This document shows, piece after piece, positions 54,591-64,000 of a DNA stretch of 64,000 nucleotides. The notes beneath the pieces were generated by a model. The model worked only from the letters and a program-made list of their open reading frames with translations. It made no database searches and was not told the DNA's origin. Each line of letters starts with the position of its first letter. Position 1 is the stretch's first letter. Origin of the DNA: Tetramitus jugosus (taxonomy: Eukaryota; Protista; Heterolobosea); contig OW569388.1 in NCBI GenBank assembly GCA_937625935.1, forward strand, positions 1 to 64,000. Reading direction: 5' to 3'. The position numbers and the translations under genes were made by a program.

Positions 54591-55013
54591 ATGGATCCAA
54601 CAGCAGCAATCAGTGGAGGCGCACCACCATCAGCAGACGCCCAAGAAGACACAAAGAAACAAAAAGAACAACAAAAAGCAGCAGCCATCGAACAACGTCA
54701 ACGAGTCCTCCAACAAATTCTTGAGCCAAGTGCCTATGAAAGACTCTCTCGCATCTCACTTGTTCGACCAGAGAAGGCCCAACAAATCGAAGATCAACTC
54801 ATACGAATGTTCCAACAGAGACAACTCAGTGGAAAGATTGATGAACAACGATTGATCAAAATGCTTGAACAAGTTGGAGCAAAGGAGCATCAACCAAAGG
54901 TGACTATTCGAAGAAAGATTGATGATGATTCGGATGATGATTTTAGAGCTACTGGTGGCGATGATGACGATGATGATGATAAGGATGATGACTATGACTC
55001 GGATGATTATTAA
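54591..55013 (+). CDS. PDCD5: Programmed cell death protein 5 (dsDNA-binding)
   Basis: 'QILEPSAYERLSRISLVRPEKAQQIE..LI' and 'KIDEQRLIKML'. Confidence 0.92.
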   Translation: MDPTAAISGGAPPSADAQEDTKKQKEQQKAAAIEQRQRVLQQILEPSAYERLSRISLVRPEKAQQIEDQLIRMFQQRQLSGKIDEQRLIKMLEQVGAKEHQPKVTIRRKIDDDSDDDFRATGGDDDDDDDKDDDYDSDDY

Positions 55014-55368
55014 GCAAGCTAGCTGTTTTGACAGATGTGATATGTTTTTTTTTAACAAAAATTGTTGAATCACATAAAAGTGATTCAAGAGCAACTGCAT
55101 AATATCCCTTGGTTTTGTTGTAAATACCAATTTGATTGTATTATTCCTTGAAGGAGTTCAATCTGTTGCTTCTTGCATTCCATTCTTCACTGTGTCTGGT
55201 GAGTCATCTCCAAACTGGATTGTCTATTTTGATCGCACGAGAAAAAAAAACAAACTGGACAAGACTCACCAATCTCAAAAATAGATCACCAAAAACAAAA
55301 AAACACGAAATCTTCAAACACAGCAACAAGAGAAAAAAAATCAATCAATTGATTGCAACAACAATACG

Positions 55369-56189
55369 ATGAATCGCACCACACTACTCCTCTTCTACAC
55401 ACTCACAATTCTCCTACTAGTGATCCACTACAGTTACGCTCTGACACTCAAAGTAGAGCCTCACCAGGAAGAGTGCATCTATGAAGTGTTGACCACAAAG
55501 AACGTCAAGGTTCAAATGGACTTCCAAGTCGCTACAGGTGGATTTTTGGACATTGATATTATTGTGTACAATCCTGATCATTCCATTATTCATCAAGTCG
55601 AAAGACAAAACGAAGGAAAAATTTCATTTACGGCGGAAAAAGAAGGCCAATACAAGTTCTGTTTCTCTAATTTGATGAGCACTTTGACACCAAAGTCTGT
55701 TAGCTTCCAGATCACTGTTGGTGAACCAGTGGATGAAACAGTTGCAAAGTTGGGTATGTGTGTTTTGTTGTGTGCAATGATTGATTTGTGACGGGCGCGA
55801 GCGACATTGCTTTTATTTTTTTTGAGGCGCAATGTTGTTTTGTGTAAGCTTTAGGTGATTATGCATTTAGCTAACATGAGAATTTTTTGTTGTATGTTGT
55901 GTTGCTTTATGTGCAATTTGCTTTTTCATTGTAAACAATGTTGTTACAAAATGTAGAACACTTGGATCCAATTGAGAGAAGCATTATGAGATTGTCTGAA
56001 CAATTGGCTAGTGTCCAAAAGCAACAAGAAGTCATGAGAGTTCGTGAAAGACTTCACAGAGAACTGTCCGAAACAACAAACAAGCGTGTCTTGCAATGGA
56101 ACTTTTTTTCATTGATTTTGTTGTGTGCCATGGGTGTTTGGCAAGTCTATTACTTTACTAGATTCTTTGATCAAAAGAGAGTTGTGTAA
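55369..56189 (+). CDS. p24/emp24 (TMED2-like) cargo receptor; intron 55754-55956
   Basis: Signal peptide, GOLD domain 'GGFLDID..YKFCFSN', coiled coil, TM and tail 'FFDQKRVV'. Confidence 0.92.
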
Positions 56190-56493
56190 AGAGAATCGAT
56201 TGATTCAGAAAGCCCACATACTTTTGCGCGTGTACTAACGTGTGTATCAAAACAAACTATTCATTAGTAAACAAACTATATTTTTGTCAATTTATTGATA
56301 TTGTTATGACAAACAAAACTTCCTTCGTACGCACATCAGAATCAACTTTGATGTGGTTGTGGTATAACTCTTCATGCTTGTTGTTGTACAGGGGAATACA
56401 ACACGTCGACAAACAAAAACGAAATCAAAAATGTCGAACATGCGACCCTCACTGAATAGAAACCAACTCCATCCGTTCCTTTCATATGCATTC

Positions 56494-57483
56494 TTACTTG
56501 AGCAACTTGATGACTTGCTCGTAGACAAAGAAGCACACTGCAGAGGAAGGAATAGTTCTAATAATCGAGGCAGAGTATCCCTTGTAGAAGGCACGAACAC
56601 CTCCTTCACGCGCCAACTCTCTCACACATTCCATAGAGTTTGCATACTTGAAACTTCCATTGTCCACTGACTGTGCCTGGAGTCTACTCTTGACGACATC
56701 CATGGGCAATGAAATACTCCAATAGGCAACACCAGCTGAACCACCAGCAAACAATGAAGCTACAGAGTCACTCATTATTCCTTGTGTCGAGTCACTAGCA
56801 CCACTACCACCATTATTATTATGGGTGAGTTGTCTCTTGAGGCACTCATAGAGAGCAAAGTAACCTGCATAACCAAAAATTTCTCTCAGAATAGTGGCAT
56901 CCATTCCCATGCCTAACCATTTGGCACCTACTTTTTGGTTCAGTGTACGAATGAGTTGAGACACGGATTGCGCAGCACCAGAGGGAGATCGATCAATTTG
57001 AAGCCTAGTTTTCAATAGCTCAATAGGTCCAGCAACAGCTGATTGGGCCAAACCAGCAAAAGCGCCCGCCCAAGCAACATCACTCAATGTAAGCTCAGTT
57101 TGGTATTCACCGCTCTCACGAGTCCTTTTATCCAGTAAGAAATTTTTGGCGGTTCCATTGGCGGCAAAGAGACATGCATTGATAAGGCCGACGCCAAACA
57201 GCGGCGGCAAAATACCCTTGTAAAGTGAAAATGGACCTTCTCTCGCAATGGTCTGTTTGAAACAATCAACAGTGCCACTATAAGTTCCATTGGGCGCAGT
57301 TTGTAATCGAACTTTTATCGTGTCTGCTGGTTGAGCGGCAAGAACAGAGGCAATACCACCAATGTTACCTGCTGTGAACTCATGAAGAAAAGATGTCTCA
57401 GAGGGCTTCGTTGTCGTAGTAGTTGTGGTCGTCACAGTAGCTTTGTTAATTTCAATCGATGTCGGTGTCGTTGTTGTGCTCAT
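56494..57483 (-). CDS. Mitochondrial carrier (SLC25; carnitine/basic amino-acid carrier-like)
   Basis: Three PxD/ExxKxRLQ signatures (PADTIKVRLQ, PIELLKTRLQ, PMDVVKSRLQ). Confidence 0.93.
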   Translation of the reverse strand: MSTTTTPTSIEINKATVTTTTTTTTKPSETSFLHEFTAGNIGGIASVLAAQPADTIKVRLQTAPNGTYSGTVDCFKQTIAREGPFSLYKGILPPLFGVGLINACLFAANGTAKNFLLDKRTRESGEYQTELTLSDVAWAGAFAGLAQSAVAGPIELLKTRLQIDRSPSGAAQSVSQLIRTLNQKVGAKWLGMGMDATILREIFGYAGYFALYECLKRQLTHNNNGGSGASDSTQGIMSDSVASLFAGGSAGVAYWSISLPMDVVKSRLQAQSVDNGSFKYANSMECVRELAREGGVRAFYKGYSASIIRTIPSSAVCFFVYEQVIKLLK

Positions 57484-57838
57484 TTGGTTGAATTCCTCTT
57501 CTTGTTTTTATTCGTTGTTGGGTGGTTTGTGTGTGTGATTTTTCAGAACAACCGGACAGGACGTGAGAAATCCGAATGTCCATGAGTCAGATTTAAATCC
57601 AATCAAAATAGTCTCAAAGTGCCACAGGTTGCACGGGCAGTTGTATTCCAGAGCCCAACGTCTCAAAAAGATTTTCCGAGGTGATGGTTAAAAACTGTCA
57701 CAACGTAGCACCAAATGGTTGACTCAACAAGTGATGGCATGATATCTCTCCAAGAAGTATGGAGTTAAACAGCACCAGTATGTCGAAACGAAAATCAAAC
57801 TTAGATGCAAAGAGTTGAGTTTAATCGCGCTGCACTAT

Positions 57839-59398
57839 TCACAAACCTGGGGAAGCATTAGCGTGTGTGTACAAGTCCAGGTATCGATACAATACACCAG
57901 AATTTGGATCAATATGTTCTCTCTCCGTAAGATCGGTGACTGTCGATACAAGATCGAGGTCGTCTGATGTGTTATTCTCTTCGTCAGTGAAATCTGTTCC
58001 ACTGCCAATCCTGATAGAGTTTGACCTCTCGGCCTCCCTAAAGTCGATGTGGAAGGATGGAGGAGAATAGGAAGAACCACTCAACTTTTTTCTCTGGGCT
58101 GTCTGATAGTACTCCAATGTGGCCAACATACCAGCAGAGTCAGAATATCTCATTTCATCCAATCTTCCTTGGTCTTCAGCCATCTTCCATTGTGCATATC
58201 CCTTCCTGATACCCTTATGGAAAGCTCCTCCTCTACTACTAATCAGTCTGTTCCAGAGCCATAATGGCAATGAACCTTTTAAATCAATCCAACCAACTTC
58301 GTAGTATCTGGTCGTATTGGCATCAATTTCTTCCAGGAAGAAACTTCCAATGGCGTCACATCTGATGGGACCGCCCTTCTTCTGTGCATCTGGAGCATTC
58401 TCATGATTGACTGTCTTTCTAGCCAAGATGTATCTACGGAGGTTCTTTTCCGTATCATAAATCTCTGAGTAAAAACTCTGCGACAACACATACTCTCTAT
58501 CAGCAATGAAGCCACCCATGTAGTACTTCTCATATGTAATTGCACATGCATATTCTGAATCTGAATTACACACAAAGTCCAATGGAGTTACCTTACTGAG
58601 GTTACCATCATTCTGTATTCTCAGAGGGGTAGATATCAAAATTTTTGTCAATGTATCTAGAGGAATGTTGACAGTCCCAGAAATCTTCCAGGATTTTATC
58701 TTCCTATCTGATAAGGCATCTGCAGAAATACCCTTTTCAGATAGATAGACCATGTAGTCTCTCTTGTTTCCAACAAGATTCCATCTTGTTCCTTCCATGT
58801 AGTCACCTAGTACCCATTCCTTTATCCGATTGAAATCTCGGTTTGAAAAGAAGGGAGTAGAAACATCAAATCCACACAGAGTCATCATCTCTATTCCTAG
58901 GCCATCTCCTTCTCTCAATTCTTTTACTCTAGCTTCCAAATACTTTTGGAATGGATAAGTGCTGATGAATCTGGGCCACAAGTCCTCCTTCATCTGGATC
59001 AACACATGGTTCACACAATTTTCGAACAAGTCACTTGGACAGGTACCAGAGGATGCATTCTGCGACTCCTTCAAGAGTCGTCCACGTACGGAGGCAGCTA
59101 GATTTAATTCATGTTTCGAGTTCACCTTCACAAAGGAGTCTATAATCTTTTTCATTTGCTTGTACCGATTTTGACTACTTCTTAATCTACCGTAGTCCTC
59201 CACAGCTTCCAAGAAGAGTAGAGATTCTGTATTCTTTGATTGTTTCAAGTACTTTTTGAATATGATTCTTCCCTTGGGATCATCATAAACTGTCTCCAGT
59301 GATATATCTAGTTCATTCAAAAGTTCTGTTCGAGGAGTGAGTGCTGTGCTACTAGAGCACACCGAGTCCCGTCTAGTCATACTGGTATCAGTAGTCAT
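57839..59398 (-). CDS. RGS domain + START-like lipid-binding domain protein
   Basis: RGS 'FKKYLKQSKNTESLLFLEAVEDY...ELNL...DLWPRFIST'; START-like 'DREYVL', 'TRYYEVGWIDLKGSLPLWLWN'. Confidence 0.8.
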   Translation of the reverse strand: MTTDTSMTRRDSVCSSSTALTPRTELLNELDISLETVYDDPKGRIIFKKYLKQSKNTESLLFLEAVEDYGRLRSSQNRYKQMKKIIDSFVKVNSKHELNLAASVRGRLLKESQNASSGTCPSDLFENCVNHVLIQMKEDLWPRFISTYPFQKYLEARVKELREGDGLGIEMMTLCGFDVSTPFFSNRDFNRIKEWVLGDYMEGTRWNLVGNKRDYMVYLSEKGISADALSDRKIKSWKISGTVNIPLDTLTKILISTPLRIQNDGNLSKVTPLDFVCNSDSEYACAITYEKYYMGGFIADREYVLSQSFYSEIYDTEKNLRRYILARKTVNHENAPDAQKKGGPIRCDAIGSFFLEEIDANTTRYYEVGWIDLKGSLPLWLWNRLISSRGGAFHKGIRKGYAQWKMAEDQGRLDEMRYSDSAGMLATLEYYQTAQRKKLSGSSYSPPSFHIDFREAERSNSIRIGSGTDFTDEENNTSDDLDLVSTVTDLTEREHIDPNSGVLYRYLDLYTHANASPGL

Positions 59399-59950
59399 TA
59401 TGATTATTGGGTTGTAGTTGTTGATGTTGCAGGGTTTGTTGCTTGGATTATTTGGGAGGATTCAGGTCACAAGGTGTTTTCACACTCCAAACATACGAAC
59501 ACTTCCTGACATGATATTTTTAAGATCGGCATTTTTAAAGATGACCATCAATCGTCGCGCTCACCAAGAGTACCATATATGTCAAATACCAGAACCGTCA
59601 AATCGACATTGTCTCCTAAAGGAATATTGCCCATTGCCCGCCGATGATTAAAAATATTGGATGGGAGCTGTAAGCTCCCTATTACGCGAAAAGTTACAAT
59701 GGTCTGTTGTTTTTACGCTGCGTTATCCCAGAGTGACCCATCGGCGATAACGGGTCTGGCGATTTGCTCAAATTTGTCGAATTTCATTTCTTGATGTCCC
59801 TCAAAGGCGTTGGTATTTTCCTTCCGACTGAGGGTTAAAAATATGAGATGGGATTGGGCTGTGAGCTCCTTCATTCTACCATATAACACCATCATAATTT
59901 CTCAACACGAACTAACTAATCAACATCCACTTACAAACAACTTTGCAAAT

Positions 59951-62900
59951 ATGAATCCTAATATCGTCCAGTTTTTCCTCAATCAGGTAGAGAAAACACC
60001 AACGGCTGTCGCCATAGAATGTGACACCAAAGAAGTGACATATGCTGAACTGAACGAATTGTCCAATCGTTTAGCCAATAGAATAGCAACAAGGACAGAA
60101 AACAAAGAGCTAGTAGCTGTATACATGGACTCTAGCATTGACTTCATTGCTACCATACTGGCCATTCTCAAGTGTGGATGCTCCTATTTACCCCTAGATA
60201 TCAACATGCCTTGGAAACACACAGAACTGGTTCTAAGAAATAGTCAAGTCTCTCTCGTTATCACCAAATCTGCCCTCTGTGTGGACTTGTCACCACTACA
60301 GAACATTATGAAGATTTACAACATTGATGGAAAGAAGAATGAAGAAGTATCTCAAGAAAGAGGAGTGGATAGAATAATTGAAGGAACTCACATGGCTTAT
60401 ACCATATACACATCTGGATCAACGGGAACACCTCATGGATGTATGGTTTCTCATCAAGCCGTTTGTAATCTAGTGAATCATAACAAGAATCTGTTTGGAA
60501 TGGATGTTGGAACAAGCGTACTCCAATATGCTTCCCTAAGCTTTGATGCTTCCATTTTCGAAATTTACACAACAATCCTGACTGGAGCTCAGTTGATACT
60601 TGCAAGAAGAGATGAGATACTGCCCGGTGAACCACTGGTGAATTTCTTACAAAAGAAGAAAGTGAACATGATGTTGATGCCACCATCTTCCCTGTCAATG
60701 ATCACCAATGAATCTTCAAATCTGATTCATCTGAAAACTTTACTCGTTGGTGGAGAGAAATGTCCACTGAACCTACCTCAACAATGGATTACTCAAGAAA
60801 GAAATGTATTTAATGCTTATGGTCCTACAGAAGCTACTGTTTACGCCACCATTTACAAGTGCAGTTTAAATGAAACACTCTCGGTTGTTCCTATTGGAAA
60901 AGCTCTACCTGGATGTATCGTTGAACTACGTGATGAGGAAGGCAATATTGTACCTGATGGAGAAATTGGTGAGATTTGCATTGGCGGAGCATGTATGGGA
61001 ATGGGTTACTGGAGAGATTCAGTTTCCACAACCAATAGATTTGTCAAACATGGAGACAATACAATGTTCCACACAAGAGACTTAGCACGCATGCTTCAAA
61101 ATGGTAACCTTGAGTACTTGGGAAGATTAGACAACCAAGTTAAGATTCGAGGCTTCAGAGTTGAACCCGAGGCCATTGAGGCAGTTCTGGCACAGAATTC
61201 TAATGTTGCTTCATGTGTAGTAGTTGCTAGAGAAGATATCGTACCAGACCAGAAGACTCTGGTCGCCTTCGTAGCGCCAATTGAAAAGAAGATAGAAAGT
61301 TCCACCCTGATAACTCAACTAAAAAGGCACACAAGAAGTAAGCTCCCTCACTACATGAACCCGACAATCTATCACATTGTCGATAGATTACCAATGATGT
61401 CCAATGGAAGTAAAGTTGATAGAAAGTGCTTGCTAGAGTATCCATTACCAGTGAAAGCCACTGACCAGGCTGTACTATTTAGAAATGACACTGAGAGAGT
61501 TGTAGCTGAAATCTTTGAGGAGGTATTGAAAAAACTTGTTCTTCCTAGTGACAACTTTTTCGATCTTGGTGGAAACTCACTCATGGCTGCAAGTGTGGTT
61601 AGAAAGTTGGAAAAGAGATTCAGTATCCAAGTTCCAGTATCCTTGTTGTTCAGGAAGCCAACATGCAAAGCTCTCTCTGATTCAATTGACGTGTCCTCCG
61701 AAGGTACAGATGGTACCGAAAGTCCATTCACAGAAATCATTGACTACATTCAAGAAGCTGCACTCGATTCAGATATCCAATTCCCAGAGAAGACTGGCGA
61801 TGAAATCTATGACCTTCAGAGCCTCAATGAGAGTGAAAAGATTGGCCAAGTGTTCTTGACTGGAGCCACTGGTTTCCTAGGAGGGTATGTACTTGCAGAT
61901 GTACTCAACCAGACTTCAAGAGTACATGTATCCTGCTTGATCAGGTGCGACAATGAAGAAGAAGGAATGGCAAGAATTGAAGCCAACATGACCAAACTTA
62001 AGATTTGGAACAGTGATTATGCAGCAAGAATTACTGTGATACCTGGCCATCTGGATAGAAAGCACCTCGGGTTGAGTATTAGTACCTTTGAGGAGTTAGC
62101 AGCAAAGATGGACATTATTTATCACATTGCTGCTGATACTAGCTATGTTAAGCCATTCTCAGAATTGAAGGCAGTCAATGTATTCGGAACTCATGAGATG
62201 ATCAGACTCGCGGCTAGTGGAAACAAACACAAGCCTTTCCATTATTGTTCTTCCATGTGTGTCTTTGGACCAGCATACCATTTCAATGGAAAGGAAGTTA
62301 TAACTGAGTCTGACAATTATGAAGAGGCAATGCCATTCATCTACATTGAGAATGGCTATGTGAGAAGCAAATGGGTTGCCGAGTATTTGGTTAGAACAGC
62401 AATGAGAAAAGGTTTAGATGCAATGATTTTCAGACCAGGTTTCATCCAAGGATCAGATACTCACGGTGTTCCTAATGTTACAGACTTCTTGTGCAGAATG
62501 ATTAAGGGATGCGTTCAATTGGGATGTTATCCAGATTTGCCTTTTAAGTACTGGATGGCTGTTCCAGTCAACTATGTTTCTCAAGCTTTGGTGCACATCT
62601 CGTTGACCAAGAAGAGAGAAGCTATTGTGGACACATTCCATCTAGTTTCTCATCGTGAGGATGAACCAAGTAATGTACAGTTGTTTGAGATGCTACAACA
62701 GATTGGTTATCCATTACAAAAGGTGTCTATTCAATGTTGGCATGAAGAGTTGGAACGATTGTTAGATGATGAGGTGTACGATAATGCATTGCACCCTGTT
62801 GTGATGTTCATTCTAGAGAAGGTTTATGAATCAAGAAACACCATTCTGGAACTTCACTACTTCACACCTGCATGCACCAGTGAAAATGTAGATAGGTTAC

Positions 62901-63010
62901 TAGAGGGATCTGGTATCACTTGCACAAAGTGGGATAGTAGGATGATGGAGTTTTACGTACGAATGTTCAATGACCAAGGATGGATGCCGTTGCCCCCATC
63001 GTCTGCATGA
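59951..63010 (+). CDS. Monomodular NRPS-like enzyme: adenylation - PCP - thioester reductase (A-T-R)
   Basis: A3 'YTSGSTGTPHG', A4 'FDAS', A5 'NAYGPTE', A8 'GRLDNQVKIRGFRVE', PCP 'FFDLGGNSL' and R domain 'TGATGFLG' with 'GYVRSKW'. Intronless; likely start is MNPN at 59951. Confidence 0.93.
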   Translation: MNPNIVQFFLNQVEKTPTAVAIECDTKEVTYAELNELSNRLANRIATRTENKELVAVYMDSSIDFIATILAILKCGCSYLPLDINMPWKHTELVLRNSQVSLVITKSALCVDLSPLQNIMKIYNIDGKKNEEVSQERGVDRIIEGTHMAYTIYTSGSTGTPHGCMVSHQAVCNLVNHNKNLFGMDVGTSVLQYASLSFDASIFEIYTTILTGAQLILARRDEILPGEPLVNFLQKKKVNMMLMPPSSLSMITNESSNLIHLKTLLVGGEKCPLNLPQQWITQERNVFNAYGPTEATVYATIYKCSLNETLSVVPIGKALPGCIVELRDEEGNIVPDGEIGEICIGGACMGMGYWRDSVSTTNRFVKHGDNTMFHTRDLARMLQNGNLEYLGRLDNQVKIRGFRVEPEAIEAVLAQNSNVASCVVVAREDIVPDQKTLVAFVAPIEKKIESSTLITQLKRHTRSKLPHYMNPTIYHIVDRLPMMSNGSKVDRKCLLEYPLPVKATDQAVLFRNDTERVVAEIFEEVLKKLVLPSDNFFDLGGNSLMAASVVRKLEKRFSIQVPVSLLFRKPTCKALSDSIDVSSEGTDGTESPFTEIIDYIQEAALDSDIQFPEKTGDEIYDLQSLNESEKIGQVFLTGATGFLGGYVLADVLNQTSRVHVSCLIRCDNEEEGMARIEANMTKLKIWNSDYAARITVIPGHLDRKHLGLSISTFEELAAKMDIIYHIAADTSYVKPFSELKAVNVFGTHEMIRLAASGNKHKPFHYCSSMCVFGPAYHFNGKEVITESDNYEEAMPFIYIENGYVRSKWVAEYLVRTAMRKGLDAMIFRPGFIQGSDTHGVPNVTDFLCRMIKGCVQLGCYPDLPFKYWMAVPVNYVSQALVHISLTKKREAIVDTFHLVSHREDEPSNVQLFEMLQQIGYPLQKVSIQCWHEELERLLDDEVYDNALHPVVMFILEKVYESRNTILELHYFTPACTSENVDRLLEGSGITCTKWDSRMMEFYVRMFNDQGWMPLPPSSA

Positions 63011-63473
63011 ATTCATTTCACCTACAGTAGATTGGGCAACTCATTTCTAGGGCTCAACTAATCAACAGAGTAAACTTTTAATTATTGAAAAATATGATTG
63101 ATTCTTCTTTCCTGATGTTCTGGAAAACACCTGGCAAAATATCACCTAACTTTCCGATTTGTTGTATTTGGCAGAGAAATTCTCCTTTTTTCGGTGAATT
63201 CATCGCATTGTCCGATGCATCAGAAAAAGAACCCGCAAAGGATGTCATGGTTATAAATAAAAAATTCATATTCTATTCCACCAACACAATCACAGAAAAC
63301 GAAAACAAACAACAACAACAATTCATCCTTTGTGCCCACAACAAAAAAGAACCTTGATTTTTCATCCAATCATCGAATTCATCACCATCACAAAAACAAC
63401 AACACACCACTCTATGCATTCAAGTGCATAATTCTTATTATTACCGAACACAATCGTAAATATTATTTTACCA

Positions 63474-63801
63474 ATGTATCCGTCTTCACCACTACCATCA
63501 TCACAATCACCATCTTCCAACAGACATGCAAATGATTTTGTCTCTTCATCATCATCACAGATAACAACAGCAACTACAACTCATTCGAAGACAAAGAAGA
63601 AAAAGATTGCGTTCTATCATTATCCATCGTATGCGATCGATTGGATATTGAAAAAGACATTCTTTTTTATTGGAAGGTGTTCTGCGACGATTCCAATCAC
63701 AATTGTCTTGCTTTCTGTGCTAGTGACTGCTCTATTGGGGGCAGGTATTGTTTGGATAAAGTTTGAAACTGATCCACAAAAGCTTTGGGTTCCTGATCAA
63801 A
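63474..63801 (+). CDS. First exon of an NPC1/Patched-family protein (continues beyond window)
   Basis: TM helix then 'IKFETDPQKLWVP', followed by a GTATGT donor at 63802. Confidence 0.7.
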
Positions 63802-64000
63802 GGTATGTTGTAATTTTCGATGTTGTTTGATGTATTGTGTGTTGGTTAGCAGCGACGTTGTGTTTCCGATTGTAAAGTTTAGCCAATGAAAAATTTTTGG
63901 CGCCAAAGAGTGGATTGTTGACCCTCTCCATTTTTTGTATTTTTTACAATTGTTGTTGTTATGATTGATCATGTGACACACAGTGAGACCGTCATGCAAA

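Noticed and set aside
59951-63010. Calling the NRPS-like gene LYS2 (alpha-aminoadipate reductase)
   Set aside because: It lacks the Lys2 N-terminal extension and has an FDAS-type amino-acid pocket. Left as generic A-T-R pending phylogeny.

Overview
Left end of a linear chromosome from a gene-dense, intron-poor microbial eukaryote using the standard genetic code. Short GT..AG introns and the gene content (KAP3, Spo11, hybrid histidine kinase, RGS, many cyclase/kinase-type genes) suggest a free-living amoeboflagellate such as a heterolobosean; this is inference, not a proven identity. Bases 1-745 are a (CCCAAA)n / (TTTGGG)n telomere. Positions 746-3840 are a layered subtelomere: two ~1-kb non-coding blocks each end in a short internal (CCCAAA)2-3 seed. 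One block carries a 39-bp-period array of palindromes; the other carries degenerate telomere-like repeats and a hairpin-hairpin-polyT element. These blocks sit on an APE-type non-LTR retrotransposon fragment that is cut inside its RT domain exactly where telomeric repeats begin. From ~4 to ~16 kb there are pseudogenes (TPR, TKL kinase), surface/secreted protein genes and an intact phage/virus-type Rnl2 RNA ligase. From ~16 kb onward the genes are mostly housekeeping: SMIM7, nucleoredoxin, Sec3, Pex11, Amt, KAP3, AP-4 epsilon, alpha-actinin, Spo11, UBFD1, PDCD5, p24 and a mitochondrial carrier. Notable extras are a triplicated Cys-rich CBM52-like secreted protein, a nucleus-encoded mitochondrial TatB-like protein and a bacterial-type A-T-R monomodular NRPS-like reductase. 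All calls come from motif recognition by eye; no database searches were run.
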